Notes: a model not told the origin generated them from the sequence alone. 64,000 nucleotides of DNA from Candidatus Latescibacterota bacterium (GCA_965116885.1 OZ220741.1:896001-960000); one strand, 5' to 3'. Positions 10,258 through 22,018 are shown, counted from the stretch's first letter. Program-made: numbers and translations.

Positions 10258-12393
10258 TTATCTTCGCCCGCGTCTTTTGGGGCGAACATTTTGCGTATGT
10301 GACAAAAGGTGAAAATCTATCCGCAGGCGTTGCCGGTCGAGTTGGGCGAGTTGTACCTGAACCGAATCGCCGAGTCGGAAAATCGTTCCCGTGGATTCAC
10401 CAATGAGCGCGCCTTGCAACTCGTGGTAAATATAATAATCATCATAGAGATATTTTACGTGAACCAGGCCCTCAATGAGCACATCATTGAGTTGAACAAA
10501 AAACCCGATAGAACGCACATCGACAATAACGGCATCGAAACACTCGCCCATCTTATCTTTCAAATAGAGAATTTGCATAAGCCGAATAGCATCCCACTCG
10601 GCTTGTTGCGCGGCGATCTCGCGTTGCGTCGCCAAATCGCCAATATCGGGCAAGAGGCGTGCGCGGCGCGCCATCTGCCCGGGCGTAATCGCATCGTTGA
10701 TCGCATCGCGCAAAGTGCGGTGAAGAATCAGATCGGGGTAGCGTCGAATGGGCGATGTGAAGTGCGTATAAGTATCGCAAGCCAACCCAAAATGACCGAC
10801 ATTGTCGGGCGTGTACACGGCTTTCTTCATTGAACGCAACAGGCGGTGGCTCAAAATATGCCCTATAGGCTCATCCTTAAAATTGGCGAGAAACGCCTGG
10901 ATGCTATCTATCCGCGAAGGATTGGAAAGGCGATACCCCAATGTTCTCGCCAGATCGCAAAATTCGGCGAGTTTTTCACCGTCGGGCGGTTCGTGGACGC
11001 GATAGAGAATCGGGACGCCGCTATCGGCCATGCGCCGCGCGACAATCTCATTGGCCAGAAGCATAAATTCTTCAATAAGACGATGACTATTCAAACGCGC
11101 ACGGGGAAGAATGTGAACAGGATAGCCCTGATCGTCGAGAATAATACGAGGTTCGGGAATCTCAAAATCGATCGTACCCCTTGCCATGCGTTTCCCTGTC
11201 AGACATCTCCTCAGAGCCTCCATATGCAGGAGAACATCGGCATGCGATTCGGCGGGATTGTCCGCACACCTATCGCCATCGAGCACCTGCTGAACCTCTT
11301 CATAAGACAGACTCGCCCGACTGCGTATAACCGTCTCTGCAATTTGGGCGTCAATCAACTCACCGTCGGAGGTAATCCGCGCCAGAATACTCAGCGTTAG
11401 ACGATCTTCACAGGGCTGTAAAGAACAGATATTTGCCGAGAGTTTTTCCGGCAACATGGGAATGACGCGATCGGGCAAATACACGCTACTGCCGCGCGCG
11501 AGAGCTTCGTGGTCGAGAGACGAGCCTTCGGGAACATAGTAGCTAACATCGGCAATATGAATGCCCAGACAATAGGTCTGATCATCGAGAACCTGAAGCG
11601 ATACGGCATCGTCGTGATCGCGCGCATCGGCTGGATCAATCGTAAAACAGACCAAATCGCGCAAATCGAGGCGACGGTCAATCTCCTCTGTGGGAATACC
11701 TTCGGGAATCGCTTCTGTGGCATCGAGAACATGGTGGGGAAATTCGAGTGGAAGACCGAGTTTTTTGATCAGAATAAGGGTCTCAATACCCGCATCTTCC
11801 GCATTGCCCAGAACTTCGATAATCCGTCCATCGGGATGGGCATTGGGCGAGGAATATGTGAGACGCACAACCACCTTTTGCCCCGCCTTAGCATCGTGAG
11901 TGGGGTCATCGGAGATATGAATACGCGCGCGGATACGCGGATCGTCGGAGACCACAAGAGAAACGCCATCATACGTACCCACCACTGTTTGCTCGGCGCG
12001 TTCCACAATGCGAACCAACTCACCCTCTGCGCGATCGCTGCCCTGTGCCCTGCGCGTGAGGCGCGCCACAGCGCGGTCGCCGTGTCGCGCACGTCTCATG
12101 TATCTCGCACCAATAAAAATATCTGCGCCGCCATCTTCGGGCGCAAGCAGACCATATCCACTGGCCTGGACACTGATGCGACCGACGACGAGATTGTGAT
12201 CAGACGGAATGCCGTAGCGGCTGCGGCGCAATTTTACGAGGTCACCATCGCGCACCAGGCGGCGAATCAGGCGGCGAAAATCTGAATAAGCCCGATCGGA
12301 GACGCGAAGAGCGCGAGCAAGTTCCCTGATCTTGAGCGGACGCCTGTGTTGTTGGCGCACAAAATTCAGTACTTGATCGCGAGAGACAGACAT
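10258..12393 (-). CDS. rnr: Ribonuclease R
   Basis: N-terminal HTH, CSD domains, TIDPADARDHDDA catalytic motif, HFTSPIRRYPDL, C-terminal S1. Confidence 0.95.
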   Translation of the reverse strand: MSVSRDQVLNFVRQQHRRPLKIRELARALRVSDRAYSDFRRLIRRLVRDGDLVKLRRSRYGIPSDHNLVVGRISVQASGYGLLAPEDGGADIFIGARYMRRARHGDRAVARLTRRAQGSDRAEGELVRIVERAEQTVVGTYDGVSLVVSDDPRIRARIHISDDPTHDAKAGQKVVVRLTYSSPNAHPDGRIIEVLGNAEDAGIETLILIKKLGLPLEFPHHVLDATEAIPEGIPTEEIDRRLDLRDLVCFTIDPADARDHDDAVSLQVLDDQTYCLGIHIADVSYYVPEGSSLDHEALARGSSVYLPDRVIPMLPEKLSANICSLQPCEDRLTLSILARITSDGELIDAQIAETVIRSRASLSYEEVQQVLDGDRCADNPAESHADVLLHMEALRRCLTGKRMARGTIDFEIPEPRIILDDQGYPVHILPRARLNSHRLIEEFMLLANEIVARRMADSGVPILYRVHEPPDGEKLAEFCDLARTLGYRLSNPSRIDSIQAFLANFKDEPIGHILSHRLLRSMKKAVYTPDNVGHFGLACDTYTHFTSPIRRYPDLILHRTLRDAINDAITPGQMARRARLLPDIGDLATQREIAAQQAEWDAIRLMQILYLKDKMGECFDAVIVDVRSIGFFVQLNDVLIEGLVHVKYLYDDYYIYHELQGALIGESTGTIFRLGDSVQVQLAQLDRQRLRIDFHLLSHTQNVRPKRRGRR

Positions 12394-12513
12394 ATTTCTA
12401 TAGGAACCAATAGCAGACAAACAGGCGGGAGATGTGGTGGCGGTGTGTGAGCAAAATCATTATACTGCTGAGGATAACTCAAGGCAAATATACGGAAAGG
12501 GTGCGAAAAAGCA

Positions 12514-13599
12514 ATGCAAAACCTCTACCGGCTAATCGCAATAGCTCTCTTGTGCTTTGGGGGATGCGCCGCGCAATATGTTCTGGCACCCGACGGGGAA
12601 TACGATTATCGCGTGCCCGTTGGGCGAGGTGATGCCCAGGCGGGATTTGAAACCCTATTTGCTTCCACCGTAAAAGTCGTGTGGACACCCCAATATACCA
12701 ACGTATTTTACACACATGACATGAGAAACGACAGAGGCTTATTGCTCCATTTGCCTTTAAGAGATGAAAACAGCCCAACCGGCTATCGGCTATTGCGAAA
12801 TGGCATCCGCGAAACCGTCGATTCTTATTCCAAAGTGGGCACCGCGCTCGTAATTTCGCGACAAGCCGTGGCCAATCAATACAATGTGGCAGTTGCACTG
12901 ACAAATGCACATCTGGTAACAGCACCGGATACCATTCGGTATTTCATGCGAGACGTCCGGGGCATCGAAACGAAGGTACTCGAACGAATCTCCATTAAAA
13001 TCAGCACCTCATTGCACGTGGTCAATCGCGATGGCGAACGCATCTCTGCAAAAATCGTGCGCCTCGATCCCGAAGCAGACCTATCTTTGCTCAAACTCAA
13101 TATCCCCAATCTGATGAAAAAACCCTGGCCTTTTTTGCTGCGACTGGGCAAAACATCGGATCTGCAATGGGGCAATTTTGTCTATATCGCAGGTCATCCA
13201 AAAAATAAGATGCATCTCACTGCGGGCACCGTGAGTTTAGACGAAGACGATGATCGGTTTTTTGTCGATGCGCCCATCCGTGCAGGCTACAGTGGCGGGC
13301 CTGTGGTTGCCGTACGAGATGGCTTGCCCAATTTTGAACTCGTGGGCCTTTGTCGGGGAGCGACAACAGAAACATTCCGCTTGCTGGTGCCTCACCAGAG
13401 ATTGAATGAAGGTGCGACATTATCGCCCGATTTGCTCAGTCAAATCTCGGTTGAAGAGCGCGAGATGGTGGAACCCGGTTTGGGTATTATCGTGGGAATT
13501 GAAGCCGTCAAACGATTTCTATTGGACAGTCGCGATTCGCTCCGCGCGAACGGTGTAGATATCAAAACCGATGCCGCATTGCGAATGTGGGGGTTTTGA
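12514..13599 (+). CDS. Trypsin-like (S1) serine protease lipoprotein
   Basis: Lipobox FGGC; catalytic triad motifs LTNAH, ADLSLL, GYSGGP. Confidence 0.85.
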   Translation: MQNLYRLIAIALLCFGGCAAQYVLAPDGEYDYRVPVGRGDAQAGFETLFASTVKVVWTPQYTNVFYTHDMRNDRGLLLHLPLRDENSPTGYRLLRNGIRETVDSYSKVGTALVISRQAVANQYNVAVALTNAHLVTAPDTIRYFMRDVRGIETKVLERISIKISTSLHVVNRDGERISAKIVRLDPEADLSLLKLNIPNLMKKPWPFLLRLGKTSDLQWGNFVYIAGHPKNKMHLTAGTVSLDEDDDRFFVDAPIRAGYSGGPVVAVRDGLPNFELVGLCRGATTETFRLLVPHQRLNEGATLSPDLLSQISVEEREMVEPGLGIIVGIEAVKRFLLDSRDSLRANGVDIKTDAALRMWGF

Positions 13600-13651
13600 A
13601 TTCGGGCGATTTGTATTATATTGTCGGGTTATATTGTTAATCCGATTTTTT

Positions 13652-13677
13652 GTAGGGGCGACCCCCTGTGGTCGCCC
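13652..13677 (+). repeat. GTAG-type REP
   Basis: GTAGGGGCGACCCCCTGTGGTCGCCC. Confidence 0.85.
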
Positions 13678-13709
13678 GCTGACCTTACACATTTTACAAG
13701 GAGATCCAA

Positions 13710-14156
13710 ATGAAACATTTTACCATTTCCTTACTAAGCGTATTCCTTCTTCCCGCGCTGGTCGGAGCGCACTGCGAAATACCGTGTGGGATCTATGGCG
13801 ATGAGGGTCGGTTTGCGCTGCTATTGGAAAACGCGACCACCATTGAAAAATCGATGAATGAAATCAACAGATTGTCGGGAGAAAGCGAAAAAAACAACAA
13901 CCAGATCGTGCGGTGGGTCGTCAACAAAGAGCACCATGCCGATCAGATTCGCGATATCGTCGCACAATACTTCCTGGCACAGCGGATCACAGAACCCGCG
14001 GAAGGGACGGCTGCAAAAGCCTATACTGAAAAACTAATAGCCCTGCACAAAATCATCCGCACGGCAATGAAGTGCAAACAAACCACAGACCCGAAAAACG
14101 CGCAGACCTTGCGCGATCACATAAACGCCTTTCAGGCGCTCTACAACGCGAAATAG
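13710..14156 (+). CDS. sodN: Nickel superoxide dismutase with signal peptide
   Basis: Ni-hook HCEIPCGIY directly after a hydrophobic leader; RWVVNKEHHA; KCKQ. Confidence 0.92.
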   Translation: MKHFTISLLSVFLLPALVGAHCEIPCGIYGDEGRFALLLENATTIEKSMNEINRLSGESEKNNNQIVRWVVNKEHHADQIRDIVAQYFLAQRITEPAEGTAAKAYTEKLIALHKIIRTAMKCKQTTDPKNAQTLRDHINAFQALYNAK

Positions 14157-14163
14157 AGAAACA

Positions 14164-14248
14164 GGGACGGCACAGGGGCCGTCCCCTACGGTCTCCTGCG
14201 TTTGAATACAATCATTATCTGTAGGGGCGATGCCCCCGTGCCCACCCG
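14164..14248. repeat. GTAG-type REP doublet
   Basis: GGGACGGCACAGGGGCCGTCCCCTAC ... GTAGGGGCGATGCCCCCGTGCCCACCCG. Confidence 0.8.
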
Positions 14249-14257
14249 TCACAATTT

Positions 14258-14293
14258 ATGGGACAATCTCGATTGAGATTGTCCCATTTTTTT
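14258..14293 (+). terminator. Intrinsic terminator after sodN
   Basis: ATGGGACAATCTC-GATT-GAGATTGTCCCAT followed by a T tract. Confidence 0.85.
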
Positions 14294-14340
14294 ATTTTTT
14301 CTTGCGCTACTGAAAGGTCTTTGATATATTCTCCGCCCCA

Positions 14341-14367
14341 TTAGCACTCGACAGGTGAGAGTGCTAA
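14341..14367 (+). promoter_or_regulatory. CIRCE element (HrcA operator)
   Basis: Perfect TTAGCACTC-N9-GAGTGCTAA upstream of groES; putative promoter TTGCGC-N17-TATATT at 14302-14330. Confidence 0.97.
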
Positions 14368-14417
14368 AACAATCATCCGTATCTTTTCACTCCACCTCGC
14401 ATAAGGAGGCTATAACA

Positions 14418-14708
14418 ATGGCGAAGGTGAAACCCCTCGGGGATCGCGTGCTGGTCAAACCTGTTGAAGAAGCCGAACAGGTCAAGGGCGGCATCATCAT
14501 TCCCGATACGGCCAAAGAAAAACCCCAGCGGGGCGAAATTGTGGCTGTTGGCGATGGCAAGCCCGACGATTCGGGCAACCGGATCCCGTTGTCGGTCGCA
14601 TCCGGCGACACAGTACTTTACGGCAAGTATTCAGGCACAGAAGTCCGTCTGGACGACGAAGACTATCTGATCATGCCCGAAGGCGATATTTTAGCGATCA
14701 TTGATTAA
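14418..14708 (+). CDS. groES: Co-chaperonin GroES
   Basis: [42 protein letters not shown]. Confidence 0.98.
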   Translation: MAKVKPLGDRVLVKPVEEAEQVKGGIIIPDTAKEKPQRGEIVAVGDGKPDDSGNRIPLSVASGDTVLYGKYSGTEVRLDDEDYLIMPEGDILAIID

Positions 14709-16376
<1,668 letters not shown>

Positions 16377-16392
16377 GCGGTCAGTCTTTCGC

Positions 16393-16429
16393 AAAAAAAG
16401 GGCACCCAACAAACAGGGTGTCCTTTTTT
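16393..16429 (+). terminator. Intrinsic terminator after groEL
   Basis: AAAAAAAGGGCACCC...GGGTGTCCTTTTTT. Confidence 0.85.
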
Positions 16430-16719
16430 GTGAGCAGTACATATCTTTCACCATCCCACTCATTCATCGTTCAAAATTTACTCTTTCCCCGTCAACGCCT
16501 GTCTGCTCCATCTCCGCTCCAACAGGCAATCCACAAATTCAAGTTGTGAACAAAAGCACAATACAGCATATTGAAAGCATAATGAGGTGCCGGAGTTTCT
16601 GACAAGCCCTTTTATCGCTCAATTTTGTGATAATTTCATTTCTGGCATGATATTTGCTTGAGGTCTGACTGTTGCGTTTGTCCAAAATACGACCAACTCT
16701 CAGATCTGAGGCATCTCAC

Positions 16720-17628
16720 ATGGCCGAATTTGATACGATTTCCAAACACCTCATTCAGAAATATCCCGACGACTTTGCCAGCTTCTCCCTCGGACGCGAG
16801 GATGTTGAAGTTCTTGCAGTCATGGACACAGAGCAATACACTGTTGAAGCACGCCAAACCGATAGCCTGATTCGCGTGCGTATCGATGGTGAGGAGGTAT
16901 TGGTCCACAACGAGTTTCAAACGACTGGCAGCACCAATCCTCCTATGCCACGCCGCATGGCGGGCTATATCGGACATGCGATTCGGCAATACGGCCTGCC
17001 GATCTATTCCAATGTCATCTATCTACGTCCCAATGCGGGGCAGCACGATACCGGGTACTATGTCCAGGAGCATCTCGACTACGAAATCACAATTCGGTAT
17101 CGTGTGATCAGACTGATTGAGATAGAAGGTCAGCACGTTCTCAATGCGGGGCAATCGGGTCTGATCCCTTTCACGCCATTGATGAAGCCGCCTGAAAGAA
17201 TGGCATCTGATACGTGGTTACATCAGTGTATTCACACGGCTCGGACGCGTCCCATCACTCGGTCATATAGGGCGGATTATCTCGCAGGCATGGTGGCGTT
17301 GAGCGAGTTGGTGTATGCTTCTGAAACAATTTCTGATATTATATTGAAGGAGGGCATCATGGATCTGATCCGCGAATCATCACTTTTTCAATCCCTTACC
17401 CAGGAAAGTAGAGAGGAAGCCAGAGAGGAAGGCATTGAGCAAGGAAAAAGAAAAAGCACGCTCGAAGATATCCTTGAAGTGTTGGAGATTCGTTTTGATC
17501 TCCCTGCATCGCATCCCTTATCTGATCGCATCGCGGCTATTGAAGATTTACAACGCCTCAAGCAGTTGCACCGCGCGGCAATACAGGTGACCAGCCTTGA
17601 AGCATTTCAGCATCTGTTAGATGAGTAA
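16720..17628 (+). CDS. Rpn/YhgA-like PD-(D/E)XK nuclease family protein
   Basis: FDTISKHL; TDSL...HNEFQT nuclease motif; RRMAGY; VIYL; C-terminal EEGIEQG repeat. Confidence 0.85.
   Translation: MAEFDTISKHLIQKYPDDFASFSLGREDVEVLAVMDTEQYTVEARQTDSLIRVRIDGEEVLVHNEFQTTGSTNPPMPRRMAGYIGHAIRQYGLPIYSNVIYLRPNAGQHDTGYYVQEHLDYEITIRYRVIRLIEIEGQHVLNAGQSGLIPFTPLMKPPERMASDTWLHQCIHTARTRPITRSYRADYLAGMVALSELVYASETISDIILKEGIMDLIRESSLFQSLTQESREEAREEGIEQGKRKSTLEDILEVLEIRFDLPASHPLSDRIAAIEDLQRLKQLHRAAIQVTSLEAFQHLLDE
17359..17628 (+). CDS. Putative nested in-frame small protein (RpnS-like antitoxin, 89 aa)
   Basis: AAGGAGG at 17347-17353, in-frame ATG 5 nt later. Confidence 0.6.
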   Translation: MDLIRESSLFQSLTQESREEAREEGIEQGKRKSTLEDILEVLEIRFDLPASHPLSDRIAAIEDLQRLKQLHRAAIQVTSLEAFQHLLDE

Positions 17629-17687
17629 CGCGATTTTCAAAAAGGAGAGCGTAGTGAGTTAAGTCACGGTAACGTGGGCGAAACGGT

Positions 17688-18968
17688 TTAAAATTTCGAA
17701 CCACAAAAAAACACGCGATTATTGATCACCTCGCCTGTCTCTTTATCCGGATAACGGGACTCCCCATCAAAAAAGACAAAAGGCGGGTATTGCCCTGCGG
17801 GAATGGTATTGGCGCCTGTAGGACGTTCCAGATTCGCCTCGTTAAAAATCGCATCCTCGGGCAAAGCGAACTGAGTTTTCCAACCCCTATCCCCCTCGTT
17901 CAAAGTCAACCAGACCAGGCGCTTATCCTCTGTCTCCCAGTTCAATCCACGCGTGGGTTTGCCATCATTCCAGCCCTTGCCAAGCGGCTGAAGCTCCAGC
18001 AACGCATAAAGCGTACCCGCTTCATCCACACTAAACGCACCGCGGCACCCCGTCGGCCGGTGGCCTGGAAAACCCGTATCAATGGACTCTCGCTCCCAGG
18101 TGCCCTCTGCATCGAGATAGGCGTGAACGATCTCACCCGGCTCATCCAGATGTGAAACATAGAGAATATGTGGACCCTCAGAAGAAACCACAATACAACC
18201 CTGTGAGAGCACTTCAGGACGGGGCATAGGTTCATGCCGCTCATCCTCCTGAGAACGCGCAAGAACATCGAGCTGCTCGGGCCGTGCTGGCAACTCGATA
18301 CGCGAGCCATCGGCCCTCTCCCACGTCTCGCCACCATCTCGACTACACATATAACACACAGCCTGATGCAACCCGCGCTGATCGCGAATCCCCCTACCCT
18401 CGTAAAAATCGACCACAAGATGAAGAACGCCATCTGAACCGACAGCCATACCAGTCTGGAAAGCACCGTAACCCGTATAATCCTCACGCCGCTTGACCAA
18501 TTTCCCGCGTGCTTCCCAGGCACCATCTCTGCTCTTAGAATAAAAATCCACACCATCCCAGCGATTGGGAGACCGCATAGTTAAAAAAAGCGTATCGTCC
18601 AAACCGCACACAACAACCGGATAGGTCCCCGAACCGGCCGGCTCTCCCTCTGTCCATTCACTCGCATCATTGGGCCGCACCGACCGTCGATATGTCACTG
18701 GCGAATTGTGACCACTCATAATAGCTTGCAAATAGCCCTGGTGGTCAATGGTCATAACCGGACGCGCGTGATTGTCGCGCCCCCTGTTAAAAGTCAACGG
18801 CCTCGACCATTCTCCAGTATCGCGATCAAAAGTGCAAACCCTGTTGAAATAGCCCTCACCTGTAACATCCTGCCAGACCACATGCGTTCTACCCTCGTAC
18901 GTAACAACCTTATTCCCCGCGCCAGAGGTTGCGCGCTCACTGCCAACTTGAGAGATTAATCTGGTCAC
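17688..18968 (-). CDS. BNR-4 repeat beta-propeller protein
   Basis: DNHARP...GH motif, TYP, Asp-box SRDGGETW. Confidence 0.8.
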   Translation of the reverse strand: MTRLISQVGSERATSGAGNKVVTYEGRTHVVWQDVTGEGYFNRVCTFDRDTGEWSRPLTFNRGRDNHARPVMTIDHQGYLQAIMSGHNSPVTYRRSVRPNDASEWTEGEPAGSGTYPVVVCGLDDTLFLTMRSPNRWDGVDFYSKSRDGAWEARGKLVKRREDYTGYGAFQTGMAVGSDGVLHLVVDFYEGRGIRDQRGLHQAVCYMCSRDGGETWERADGSRIELPARPEQLDVLARSQEDERHEPMPRPEVLSQGCIVVSSEGPHILYVSHLDEPGEIVHAYLDAEGTWERESIDTGFPGHRPTGCRGAFSVDEAGTLYALLELQPLGKGWNDGKPTRGLNWETEDKRLVWLTLNEGDRGWKTQFALPEDAIFNEANLERPTGANTIPAGQYPPFVFFDGESRYPDKETGEVINNRVFFCGSKF

Positions 18969-19051
18969 ATTGAACTCCCTTTAATTACATCATATCCCAA
19001 ACCGCTCAAAAATCGATCACGGATGAAACGGATGACGCGGAAATACGCGGA

Positions 19052-20077
19052 TTAGAAACTAAACCGCTCAAAAATTAGATACTGATACGAATGTTCTTCC
19101 CCCGCCTCATACAAACACCCAACATCGCCCTCGGGTAACAGAGCCAGACAGGAATACGCTGCCGGACCCTCGTGCAACAGCTTTTCCCGGACCCACGTCT
19201 GCCCGCCATCCTCGCTCAAACGCACAGTCATATTCACGCGCTCGCCTCTTCCCTTCCCCGGAAAAAACCGTTCTCCAGCTTTGGGACTTTCTATCGGCGT
19301 AAGCGACACCGGATTTGAAAAAACCAACCGGTCACCCTCGCCTACCAAACTCGCCTGACATTTCGGACACGGCAAATTCGCATCGTGTACAACCTCCGAC
19401 CAATTGTGTCCCCCATCCCCACTCACCGAAATCCCCCGCAACCCTTCGCTATACGTCTGCATCCGAATATTCATCTTCAACGATCCATCCGCCAATTCCA
19501 CAACCTGACACTCATTCGCACCCGGTGTAATCAACGCACTCATCTGCCACGTCGCCCCGTGATCATCGCTATAAATCGCATGCGAACCATTCCCATAAGT
19601 CTCATCCTCCCGGTGATCGCAAGGAACCACCAGCCGCCCCCTGTGCTCCCCCCGTTGCAATTGAATACCAACACCCGGACCCGTCGCATACCAATTCCAC
19701 GAAGGCTTCTTCACAATCGCAGTAATATCCACAGGATCTGCCCACGTCTTCCCATCATCCCCACTATGCGTAATAAACACATCGTCATTCTCTCGACAAA
19801 ACGGCAACCAGATCACACCTGTATCACCATCCACCACGGGACACGGATTGCCAATCGTCACCTCTCCAGGCTCCCCGTAAATCAACAACTGTTCAGACCA
19901 CGTCTCCCCACCATCCTCCGACCGCTTCACCAGCAAATCGAGATCCCCGTGATCCCCGCGGCCGGTGCGCCGCCCCTCGCAAAACGCCAGCAGTGTTCCC
20001 GCCTTTGTCACCAGCAATGCCGGAATGCGATACGTGTGATACCCATCCTGTCCACTGGTATATACATGTGTCTTCAT
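19052..20077 (-). CDS. Sialidase-family (GH33-like) protein
   Basis: YRIP motif, five Asp boxes, AYS tyrosine; no signal peptide. Confidence 0.88.
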   Translation of the reverse strand: MKTHVYTSGQDGYHTYRIPALLVTKAGTLLAFCEGRRTGRGDHGDLDLLVKRSEDGGETWSEQLLIYGEPGEVTIGNPCPVVDGDTGVIWLPFCRENDDVFITHSGDDGKTWADPVDITAIVKKPSWNWYATGPGVGIQLQRGEHRGRLVVPCDHREDETYGNGSHAIYSDDHGATWQMSALITPGANECQVVELADGSLKMNIRMQTYSEGLRGISVSGDGGHNWSEVVHDANLPCPKCQASLVGEGDRLVFSNPVSLTPIESPKAGERFFPGKGRGERVNMTVRLSEDGGQTWVREKLLHEGPAAYSCLALLPEGDVGCLYEAGEEHSYQYLIFERFSF

Positions 20078-20092
20078 AACTCCTCCCTTGTA

Positions 20093-20968
20093 TTATGTCC
20101 CCTCCAAAGGAACCAACCGCAGTGCATTCTCACAATAAATCTTCTCCCTGACATCCCGCGGCAAATCCAACTCCTCCAGATGCACCTGCAACGCATTCCC
20201 CGGAGCATCGCGTCCAAACAGCAAACGATCCTGATACTCAATCAAAAAATCTCGCCCCCCATCATCCATCCGCGTCAACGCATTCAGCCCAGACCCCGCC
20301 GACAAATCCGCCCAGAGATTCGCATATTGTGCAAACAAATCGAACAAACGACCACCCGGCACAATCGGACTCGAAGGATATGTCTCTGGATCCGTCGCCT
20401 CATCCCCACTCACATGCCGCCAAAAACCAGGCGCGTGACCGACAAATATCGTATCTGGACACGCCTGCAACGCCTGTTCCAGCGCGCCAATCTCTCCGCC
20501 ATACCAATACTCCTGATACACCCCATTCAAAAACGGCGTATCAATATGCAAAACCACTGGCGCGCCCAACGCACCCGCCTTGCGAAACAACAAAACCGCA
20601 CGCGGATCATTCAACAACATCCGATAGCTCCACTCTCCACACACCCGAACACCGTGTGAATAATACGCCGCCTCAAAAAGCCCTGCGGCATCGCCCTCCG
20701 ACGGACAGGGACAATATCCCGCCACAAACCGATCGGGATATTTCTCACACGCCCGCGAAAGATCATTCAACGTCGTCCCCGCATGCGTCCCATCGGGCCG
20801 TGCATTCACGGGATTAAACACGCGATGGCTACTCGCCACATGCTCACCCGGCGGCAAATACCACGTAAGCAACCACGCCACATCATACCCGAACTGATCC
20901 ATCTCATTCAACACGCCCTCGGCATTGAGACCGTGATAATAAACGTGATTATGCGCGTCAATAATCAT
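20093..20968 (-). CDS. Amidohydrolase_2 family metallohydrolase
   Basis: IIDAHNH, GHAP, LLFGRD. Confidence 0.85.
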   Translation of the reverse strand: MIIDAHNHVYYHGLNAEGVLNEMDQFGYDVAWLLTWYLPPGEHVASSHRVFNPVNARPDGTHAGTTLNDLSRACEKYPDRFVAGYCPCPSEGDAAGLFEAAYYSHGVRVCGEWSYRMLLNDPRAVLLFRKAGALGAPVVLHIDTPFLNGVYQEYWYGGEIGALEQALQACPDTIFVGHAPGFWRHVSGDEATDPETYPSSPIVPGGRLFDLFAQYANLWADLSAGSGLNALTRMDDGGRDFLIEYQDRLLFGRDAPGNALQVHLEELDLPRDVREKIYCENALRLVPLEGT

Positions 20969-20998
20969 CGTACAAACCCCCGGATTTCATGATTTTCC

Positions 20999-21027
20999 TT
21001 GACGAAGATTCAATAAAAAAATAGTAT
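20999..21027 (+). promoter_or_regulatory. Putative sigma70 promoter of pyrD
   Basis: TTGACG-N17-TAGTAT. Confidence 0.65.
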
Positions 21028-21073
21028 ATAGAACTTGCAGCCACAACGCGAAAGGAATACCCTGCTCCATCAA

Positions 21074-22018
21074 ATGTCCAACTCTACCAAACAATTAGAT
21101 CTCTCGACAAAAATCGCCAAAAAGCTCACGCTCAAAAACCCCGTCATCATGGCATCGGGCACTTTTGGGCACGGCGCCGAATACGCGTCGCTCTTTGACC
21201 TGAGCAAAATCGGTGGCATCGTCACAAAAACCATCACCTATCACCCCCGGGCGGGCAACCCGCCGCCGCGCACAGCCGAAACCCCATCCGGCATGCTCAA
21301 CGCCATTGGCCTGACCAACCCGGGCATCGACGCATTCATCGCCGAAAAAGTCCCACCCCTCGCCGCGCTCAACACGGGACGCATCGTCAGCATAGCGGGA
21401 ACATCGGATCGGGAATTTGCCGACATGGCCGCCCGGTTCAACGACCTCGAAGGCATAGACGCCCTCGAACTCAACATCTCATCGCCCAACATGAAAGACG
21501 GCGGCATGCTCTTTGGCTGTTCCGAACGCGCCGCCCACAACGTAACCCGAGCCGTCAAAGCCGTATCGCAATTGCCCATCATCGTCAAACTCACCCCAAA
21601 CGTAACCGACATCGCCGCCATTGCCGGCGCAGTCGAAGAAGGCGGAGCAGACGGCATCGCCCTCATCAACACCCTGCTGGGCATGGCAATCGACATAGAC
21701 ACGCGACGCCCCATCCTGGGCAATATCACAGGCGGATTATCTGGCCCCGCGATCAAACCCGTCGCCCTCGCCCTGCTCTGGAAAGTCGTCGAACGGGTCT
21801 CTATCCCGGTCATCGGCATGGGTGGCATAGCCACAGCACGCGACGCCATCGAATTTCTCATCATTGGCGCATCCGCCATACAGGTCGGAACCACAACCTT
21901 TGTTCGCCCTCTTGCAGCCCTGGAGATACTCGATGGCATTGCAGACTATTGCAAAACACATGAAATTGACTGCATATCCGACCTTATCGGCAGCATGCAA
22001 CCACCTGCGGCGCATTAA
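21074..22018 (+). CDS. pyrD: Dihydroorotate dehydrogenase (family 1B catalytic subunit)
   Basis: ASGTFG, NAIGLTNPG, ELNISSPN, VKLTPN, GGLSGPAIKP. Confidence 0.93.
   Translation: MSNSTKQLDLSTKIAKKLTLKNPVIMASGTFGHGAEYASLFDLSKIGGIVTKTITYHPRAGNPPPRTAETPSGMLNAIGLTNPGIDAFIAEKVPPLAALNTGRIVSIAGTSDREFADMAARFNDLEGIDALELNISSPNMKDGGMLFGCSERAAHNVTRAVKAVSQLPIIVKLTPNVTDIAAIAGAVEEGGADGIALINTLLGMAIDIDTRRPILGNITGGLSGPAIKPVALALLWKVVERVSIPVIGMGGIATARDAIEFLIIGASAIQVGTTTFVRPLAALEILDGIADYCKTHEIDCISDLIGSMQPPAAH

Noticed and set aside
16460..16600. Minus-strand signal-peptide-like remnant (MLSICCIVLLFTT*ICGLPVGAE)
   Set aside because: Too short and interrupted to call a pseudogene without a homolog
16720..17628. 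Rpn gene as an IS transposase
   Set aside because: No terminal inverted repeats or target duplication seen; the family lacks demonstrated transposition
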